A DNA stretch of 64,000 nt from the human T2T-CHM13v2.0 reference genome, Homo sapiens: the NCBI RefSeq assembly GCF_009914755.1, contig NC_060933.1; one strand, given 5' to 3'. Made by a program: the position numbers and the translations under genes. Below the pieces are notes generated by a model. It ran no database searches and was not told the DNA's origin. It saw only the letters and a program-made list of their open reading frames with translations. Positions 49,728 to 64,000 of this stretch are shown in pieces (positions within the stretch are counted from its first letter, which is position 1; each line of letters begins with the position of its first letter).

Positions 49728-50917
49728 ATGTCTCTTATATCTCTCTAAACTTAGGTTCCTTCTCTATTTACTCCCCTCTGCCCTGTCAATTTATTTGTCT
49801 TGGACACTGAAAAACTGGGTCATTGGTCCTGTATCTGTTCCCACAGATAGAATTTTGCCACTTGCTTCACTGTGGTGTCTCTGACACTGTTTGTTGGATT
49901 TAGAGGCTTGATAATTTCCGTATTCATTTTGTGTGTGTGTGGTGGAGGTGGGAGAGCACAAAATGTTTTCATAGATGGGGTTGTTCACCCATCCAGAGAC
50001 ACATAATGTCTGGTTGTCTCCATTTTTTGTGACTTCAGCAGCCATGGATGATCATAACTTAAATCCATTAATTCTTAGGAGTTGTGAATTCTGCTATTTA
50101 AATTCTATTTTATCACTATTAACTGTAACTTCCCCTCATCTACTGTTTGGTTATCTAGTCAAACAGGTAGCACTGGAAAGACAATTCTTCCTCTTGAGTT
50201 GTCTGTTTTTAAAATAATGAGTTTGTTCATAAGCATCCTTTAAGAGATTCTAATTTTTTTAAAAGTATCATTATAAGCCTAGTGTCATTTATGACCTATT
50301 TGATGTGTTTCAGTCCATTGAAGTTATTACCCTTGTTAATGCTAAAATGGTCTCATCTTGACCTGTGGGAGCCTTGTCCAGTGGCTTCTGAATACTTTCG
50401 ATGTGTAGTCTTTGTTAGGTTCCCTGCTATTTTGTGTGACAAGTTTCCAGGCAATATTTTACATTTCTTGTCCGAGACCTGGAGTTGGTAATTTCTCCAA
50501 GTAACTGAACATCAATATTTTAAAAACTTTCTCAAGTGATTCTAACATGTATAATAGCTTGGAGTGAGAGCAATCACTATTGCACCTTTCTCAATTTTTC
50601 AGTTAACATATATTTCCACAAATTTTTAAATTATCTGCTTCAAATTTAATGACAGTTTGCTCTACATTTGTTCATAATTTTATATTACTTTTCTTCTTAA
50701 TAAATTGCAAGATTAATATTCTTGCATGAAGAACGAGGTTTCAAAAACAGGAAAACACTCCGAATGTAATCACCATTATATTATCATCTTTTTTGAGGAA
50801 AGAAGATATATATAAGCCTGGTCCCAGACTGCATATACCTATCATATGATAATTCTTGTACTGCATGGTCAGAAAATAATGAGACATGCAAAACATTTAA
50901 CAGAAAAGTGGCGATGA

Positions 50918-57029
<6,112 letters not shown>

Positions 57030-57049
57030 AGAAAACTGGTGATGAATAC

Positions 57050-57406
<357 letters not shown>

Positions 57407-57884
57407 TAACTAAATGACAACATGGTGTAATGTAAAATAGGCCTCTTAAATTTCAAATTTAGTGATACGGTAATGCTTTCAGCAAAACTGATTGATCTAG
57501 CTCTCCCACTAAAGTAAACAGAGACCTAGGTGCTGCGGAAGGGATTTTAATATTACAAAGCAACAGCTGTCTCAGGAATGAAGTTGGTATTAGTTAAAAC
57601 TGTTCTGTGGTGTTTTCAAGCCAGATTTGCTTATGGGAACTTGGCATCTCAATGCCAAGGTATATGAGCCCATTGTTTGAGGAAATCCTGGCTTTGCATA
57701 CCTAAATCCTTGTGGTTACCTCTCCATGGTGACCGGTGGACTTCCCTGTTGCAGAATATGATTACCAGCAAGCCGAAACACAGTTTAAATGGTCAGTTGA
57801 AGTCACAGCATCTGTCTTGTGGTTTGCGAACTTACTTTTTTCCTTCCTTATCATGGCTTTCATGTTTTTTATTTGAGACTTATT

Positions 57885-58181
<297 letters not shown>

Positions 58182-58371
58182 GTTTATTTTACTTTTTAAA
58201 ACTCTAAGTTGCCTTAAATATTTCTTGGAAAATGTTAGAGTATAAGGGAACAAAGTATAATAGAATCTTTTGAGACCAAAGTCAGTAAAACAAATTTGTG
58301 CTAATACTGAAAGTATCCCCAAGTATATTGGAAAAACAAATTATTTCTAGTTAAACAATTTGTTCGCTTAC

Positions 58372-58527
58372 CTCTAGTTCATAGCCAGGCTCACACTGAT
58401 AAATAATTGTGCTTTCAAAGGTGTATTTACTGCCAACCACAAATCCATGTTCTGGACTTTCAGGTTTCCCACAAGAAACTGGACTGCAAGATTCATCGGA
58501 GAATGGTGGCTCCCAGGTTCCATCAAG
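58372..58527 (-). CDS. SVEP1: SVEP1 exon 40 (156 bp)
   Basis: Acceptor cacttag|, donor GAG|gtaagc; [52 protein letters not shown]; phase 0-0; not in the supplied ORF track. Confidence 0.95.
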
Positions 58528-60669
58528 CTAAGTGACAAATAACAAAATGTAAGTTATGTTTAGAAGTTAATACATATGAATGAAGAAATTTGCAAATATT
58601 GGTTATTTGCAGAATAATCTCCAAAATGATAGTCAAAAGCACCCAGGGTTTGGTCCTACTTTTGCTACTTATTATATGTGGGCTTAAAAAACACACTTTA
58701 ATTATTAGATGGTCTTAATAGTCACCCACAGACAATTTTAGACATTTCTTAAGCCCATAAAACAGGCATTTTCTTCCTAATAGAATCTATTCAAAAATCA
58801 CGAGCAACAAGAAATATATTTTCATTATAATGCACGAGAACTGGAGGTTAATACAAATATTCTATAACTTACACTAATGCACTCTTAAATTTCAAGATTC
58901 TATATTTTATAATAAAGTTTATGAGAAACAGTAAATTTTAGGCATACTACTCAAAGTTTAAGAAAATCAGCTTCCTTTTCTCCATTCCAACGAGAACACC
59001 TAAAAACATTTTATCACATATTTTTGAAGGGGTCATGTAGAAAAAAATTTATATATATATATATAATTTTGTATCTATAAAGAAATCAATAATGATTAAA
59101 ATAAATTTTATAAAGAAATCCTCAATAAATGATTAAAATAAAAATAACCAAAATAAATTCCAGATATAGCAAAAGAAAACAATAATATGTAGCTTTTAAC
59201 AGTTATTAGTGTTTTCATTACCCAGAAAGATTTCTGCAAAAAAAAATTATTAAGGCACTACCTACACTATTGAAAAATTAAATGCAACAAATATACTAGG
59301 AAAATGGTTAATCTGTTGGGTAAGGTGAGGCACACACAGATATATCTCTTGAAGATTGTTATTCTATTGCTAATATTTTTCTGTTTTCTTTGTGGAAATA
59401 TATATGAATTGGATAACAGTGTTAAACAGGATTTGCGGCTAAACCCTCATTCTACATATGAACCAAAAGTAATTTTGTATATATGACTGCATCATGATTA
59501 ACCATTTTCCTAGTATATACATTGCATTTAATTTTTCAATATTGTAAGTAATGCCTTAATAATTTTTTATTTTGCAGAAATCTTTCTGGGTATTATAACA
59601 CCAGTAACTGTTAAAAGCTACATATTATTGTTTTCTTTTGCTATATGTGAAATTTATTTTGGTTATTTTTATTTTAATCATTTATTAATGATTTATTTTC
59701 TCCAGAGACTTGTGATGACTCCTTTATCAGAATCAGCTTCTGACTCATTACTTCTGTTCCATTTATTTTTACTCCTATGTAATTTTACATGAATACTACA
59801 CTAAGAGTTTTGTAACTCTGTGATATGTTTTAGTTTCTGGAGAGACTGGTCCTCTTTCAGTATTCATTTTTCAAAATTTGTATTGATCTCCTTATCCATG
59901 TATTTATTTTATGAACTACAGAATCATTTTGTCACATTACACAATACTCCTAGGTGCTGAACATAGTTTTACACAGTTTACACCTTAAAAAGGGTCTATT
60001 CTACTTTTCAGACCAAAAATTTAAACCAAAACCCAGTTGAGCAAAAAAGGGGGGTCATACTATGTGTGAAGAAACTAATGAAGGTTGTGAAAAATAAATT
60101 ATTGACTTAAAAAAAAAAGAGCTTAGTATCTTTTTTAGCCAGTATCACAGAGTTCTCCAGGGCTTACAAGGGGACCCAGTTGTCTACACACCCAACCTGG
60201 AGAACAACAATTTGATTCCCTTAATTATGGCAGAACTCTGTCAGACAGCTCAGAGTCTTAGACAAAGTTTCCTCTAAAACTTCTTCAGCTCTATATCTAA
60301 AAGGGACCATCTGGAACCATACAAAATTTGAAGGCAAGTTAATAATTTGGCAATTATTTAACTTGTTCCCCCTAATGTTTCTGCTTTTAGGTTTGACATT
60401 GACCAATCATTGAGTATGCATGATTTATAAATGGAAAACTGGGAGAAGGGAATGGTTCTTGAGTCCCTACTATATGTCAGGCAAGTACTAGCAATTTTAT
60501 ATCACATTAGGTAATTTAATCCTTTCAATTATCACAGATTTACAAATAAAAAAATAAGCTGAAGGAATATAAGGTCATAGAACCTACAAATATTTGAGAT
60601 GGAATTTAAACAAAAAAGTATGCTTGAAGTGAAAGTCTGCTATACTCTGCCACATTCCTCTGCTTTTAA

Positions 60670-61122
<453 letters not shown>

Positions 61123-61124
61123 CG

Positions 61125-61669
61125 ATTCCCATTTTCAAACTAAAAGTGCCAAAATTAGGTAAAAAAAATGTGAAAATATCTATAATAAGATTTCATGACA
61201 AATTAATCATAAATCTTATGTGCAAAAGAATGTCTATGCATAGAAATCAGCCATGGGTTATGCCCAATATGTTTCTAGATTTAGTGGAAAGACCAAGGTT
61301 GTAGAAGCAGGCACTTTCCTCCATTATTTATCTCATTTCTCACCAACAATACAAGATACGTGTAATAATACACTTTTTTTTTTTTTTTTACAAATAAGGA
61401 AACCAAAGTTCAGAAATTTTAAGCAACTTTCTCTACTGCTTACAAGCAGCAAATAGCAGAGAAGAGGATTTGACACCAATTATCTGTCTGCTTCTGCAAA
61501 CTTTTGTCTTTCCACTAAAACTGGAAACATATTGGGCATAGCCCATGGCTGATTTCTACACAAGGACCCTCTTTTAATAAGATTTGTGGTTAATTTGTTA
61601 TAAATATCTTGTTATAGAAATCTTAATATTTTACCTAACCCTGGCACTTTCTTAGTTTAAAGTGGGAAT
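61125..61669. repeat. Inverted repeat with ~185-bp arms (61125-61313 and 61485-61669) around a MIR-like spacer
   Basis: 61241-61275 is the reverse complement of 61524-61558 at 34/35; similarity continues on both sides. Confidence 0.9.
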
Positions 61670-61846
61670 ACTGCAGAAAAAAGATACATTTTACTATATT
61701 TTCTACCAAGAAACTTTTCAAATCCTTTGAAATGAGTGAAAACTTCAGACTTTTTTTTCTTTTTGGGATTACTATTATAGATACTGCTTGCTTGGCAATA
61801 TATGTATATGTAGGCATTACACATTCTAATTAAGACAGAATCTTAC

Positions 61847-62072
61847 CTGACATACTGATATGTTAACTCCCTCAAAGGTATACCCTTCTGCACATGACAC
61901 AGAAACTTGCCTATTCACACTGAAATCGTCCCCATGAACAAGTATATGTGTTATGTTTTCCGGGAGAGGACATTTTTTAGGACTGCAGGAGATTCTCTCA
62001 GGGAACCAGCGACCATCTTTCTGACAGGTGAATGTATCTGTATCTGTATCCATCGTATAACCTTCCAGACAT
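61847..62072 (-). CDS. SVEP1: SVEP1 exon 39 (226 bp, sushi domains)
   Basis: Acceptor ttgcag|A, donor CAG|gtaaga; (R)[42 protein letters not shown]...VNISVCQ; phase 2 to 0 fits both neighbours. Confidence 0.96.
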
Positions 62073-62262
62073 CTGCAATGGAAATGCAAAAATGAGTGCC
62101 TTAAATGAAGTACAATATAGTTTCTGATCTATCCTTGGATTTAGGAAGCTGTTACAAGGCTCAGTAGATATTTTGTGCAACATATTGATTGTTGCACAAT
62201 CAATATGTCAGGCGGATGGCATTGCCATGCAAAAACACCAACCTAACAATAACAACCAGTTG

Positions 62263-62567
62263 AGCTGGGTGCGGTGGCTCATGCCTGTAATCCCTGCACT
62301 TTGGAAGGCTGAGGCAGGAGGACCACTTGAGTCCAGGAGCTTGAGACTAGGCTGGGAAACATAGTGAGACTTCATCTCTATAAAAAATAAACAAAATTAG
62401 CTGGGCACGGTGGCACATGCCTGTAGTCTCAGCTACTTGGGAGGCAGAGGTGGGAGGACTGCTTGAACTAAGGAGGTTGAGGCTGCAGTGAGCCAAGAAC
62501 ATGCCACTGCACTCCAGCCTGGGTGACAGAGCAAGACGTTGTCTCAAAAAACCAAAAAACAAAAAAC
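62263..62567 (+). mobile_element. Alu (AluJ-like)
   Basis: Diverged full dimer. Confidence 0.9.
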
Positions 62568-62734
62568 CGGTAATAACCAGATCAGTTCTCAGTTATCCAC
62601 ATGAAAAGTTAGTCAAGACTAAAATTACTTTAAGTGTTTTTGATGTTATTTACCTTATTGTGGATATTATTATTATTGAATTCATTTTTATTCTATAAAC
62701 AGCTAACAGTTCAGGAAATTCTAGACAGTCCAAA

Positions 62735-63247
62735 ATGGACTCAGATACTAGTAGGAATACAGCATAATTAATATGTATTATGAATACCTACATGGACTCA
62801 GATACTAGTAGGAATACAGCATAATTCATATGTATTATGAATACCTACATGGACTCAGATACTAGTAGGAATACAGCATAATTCATATGTATTATGAATA
62901 CCTACATGGACTCAGATACTAGTAGGAATACAGCATAATTCATATGTATTATGAATACCTACATGGACTCAGATACTAGTAGGAATACAGCATAATTCAT
63001 TTGTATTATGAATACCTACGTGGACTCAGATACTAGTAGGAATACAGCATAATTCATATGTATTATGAATACCTACGTGGACTCAGATACTAGTAGGAAT
63101 ACAGCATAATTAATATGTATTATGAATACCTACGTGGACTCAGATACTAGTAGGAATACAGCATAATTCATATGTATTATGAATACCTACATGGACTCAG
63201 ATACTAGTAGGAATACAGCATAATTCATATGTATTATGAATACCTAC
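62735..63247. repeat. Minisatellite/VNTR: 9 copies of a 57-bp unit, SVEP1 intron 38
   Basis: Unit atggactcagatactagtaggaatacagcataattcatatgtattatgaatacctac starts at 62735, 62792, 62849 ... 63191. Confidence 0.98.
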
Positions 63248-63736
63248 TTTGTGCCAAGTGCTGCTCTAGGTCCTTTACATAAGATATTTCTTTTAATCCT
63301 GATTATTTGGCATGATCATGGCCTGAATTCTTCAGTTTTTTGCCTTATGTCCCCAATATTTGCATGTGTAAATATAATCACAAAGTTATAATCATAAAGA
63401 AATTTACTATCCTGATGTTTAAAAAACAGCTTCACGATTCCAGAGCTTTTCAAGCTAGCTAGAGGATCTTGCTGTTTGTTTCACGAAGCTCAACAGAATA
63501 TGATAGTCATGATAATTATATTAGAAACATGTCTGAAAAAAGTATCGATTTATTTTTATACTCAGTGGATTTCTACATAATTGTAGGTAGAATAAAGCCA
63601 AGTGTTAAAAGCACCAGTGTTTGGAGAGCAGTTCAGAGATGATGTTTTCTTCCCAATCAGCAAAATTTTTGATCGATCACATTTCATTTCATAATCCTGC
63701 CCGCACCCCTTGGAGACCCTAGAGCCATGATCTTAC

Positions 63737-64000
63737 CTGAGTTTCACTTCACTTTCATAGGTGTGTGCCTCTCCAGTTGCCACTGCATTGGCGACAGACG
63801 GTGGGGACCCACAGGACAAGGGCTCACAGACTGGATAAGGCTGGCTCCATACCCCTTTCTCTGTACAAATCAGATCTGAACTGCCTTGTATGACATATCC
63901 AGACCTGCAGCTGTAAGTTATCACATTTTCCTTCCAAGAGCTGGTCTCACTGATGAACGCATTTGGTATCATTGGAAGAGAACCACAAGAAGTGTGTTCA
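63737..64000 (-). CDS. SVEP1: SVEP1 large sushi-repeat exon (exon 38), 3' part; runs off the window
   Basis: Translates ...[84 protein letters not shown] with CCP/sushi Cys-Trp spacing; donor CAG|GTAAGA, phase 2. Confidence 0.96.

Noticed and set aside
62735-63247. 57-bp array as a CRISPR array or a 19-codon repeat ORF
   Set aside because: Units are contiguous with no unique spacers, the context is eukaryotic, and the ORF track shows no ORF across it.

Overview
Primate (almost certainly human) genomic DNA, repeat-rich, with no prokaryotic features. The minus strand from about 22.77 kb to the window end carries the 3' end of SVEP1 (polydom; human 9q31.3 by prior knowledge). Eleven exons splice by GT-AG into one continuous frame encoding the last sushi/CCP domains, three EGF domains and the C-terminus ...CSRKRRTGF*, followed by a ~1.3 kb 3' UTR with several poly(A) signals. 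Exon numbers 38-48 assume the known 48-exon structure. Bases 1-22.7 kb look intergenic. Repeats include about 25 Alus, a near full-length dead L1PA antisense to SVEP1, a 5'-intact but 3'-deleted older L1, two twin-primed (5'-inverted) L1s, MER47/Tigger2/MER58/MER5/MER33 DNA transposon relics, MST and MLT2 LTRs, a U6 retrocopy, a 9x57-bp VNTR and an AT-rich palindromic minisatellite. Repeat subfamily calls are from recalled consensus sequences, not a database run. I found no clearly new biological system. The best leads are: (1) an L1 antisense promoter/ORF0 whose splice donors are phase-matched to downstream SVEP1 exons and whose YY1 site is truncated; (2) two non-Alu local inverted duplications, one predicting a long pre-mRNA hairpin with an A:C mismatch; (3) a furin/CendR-like RKRR motif on its own tiny last coding exon; (4) a possible + strand antisense spliced transcript.
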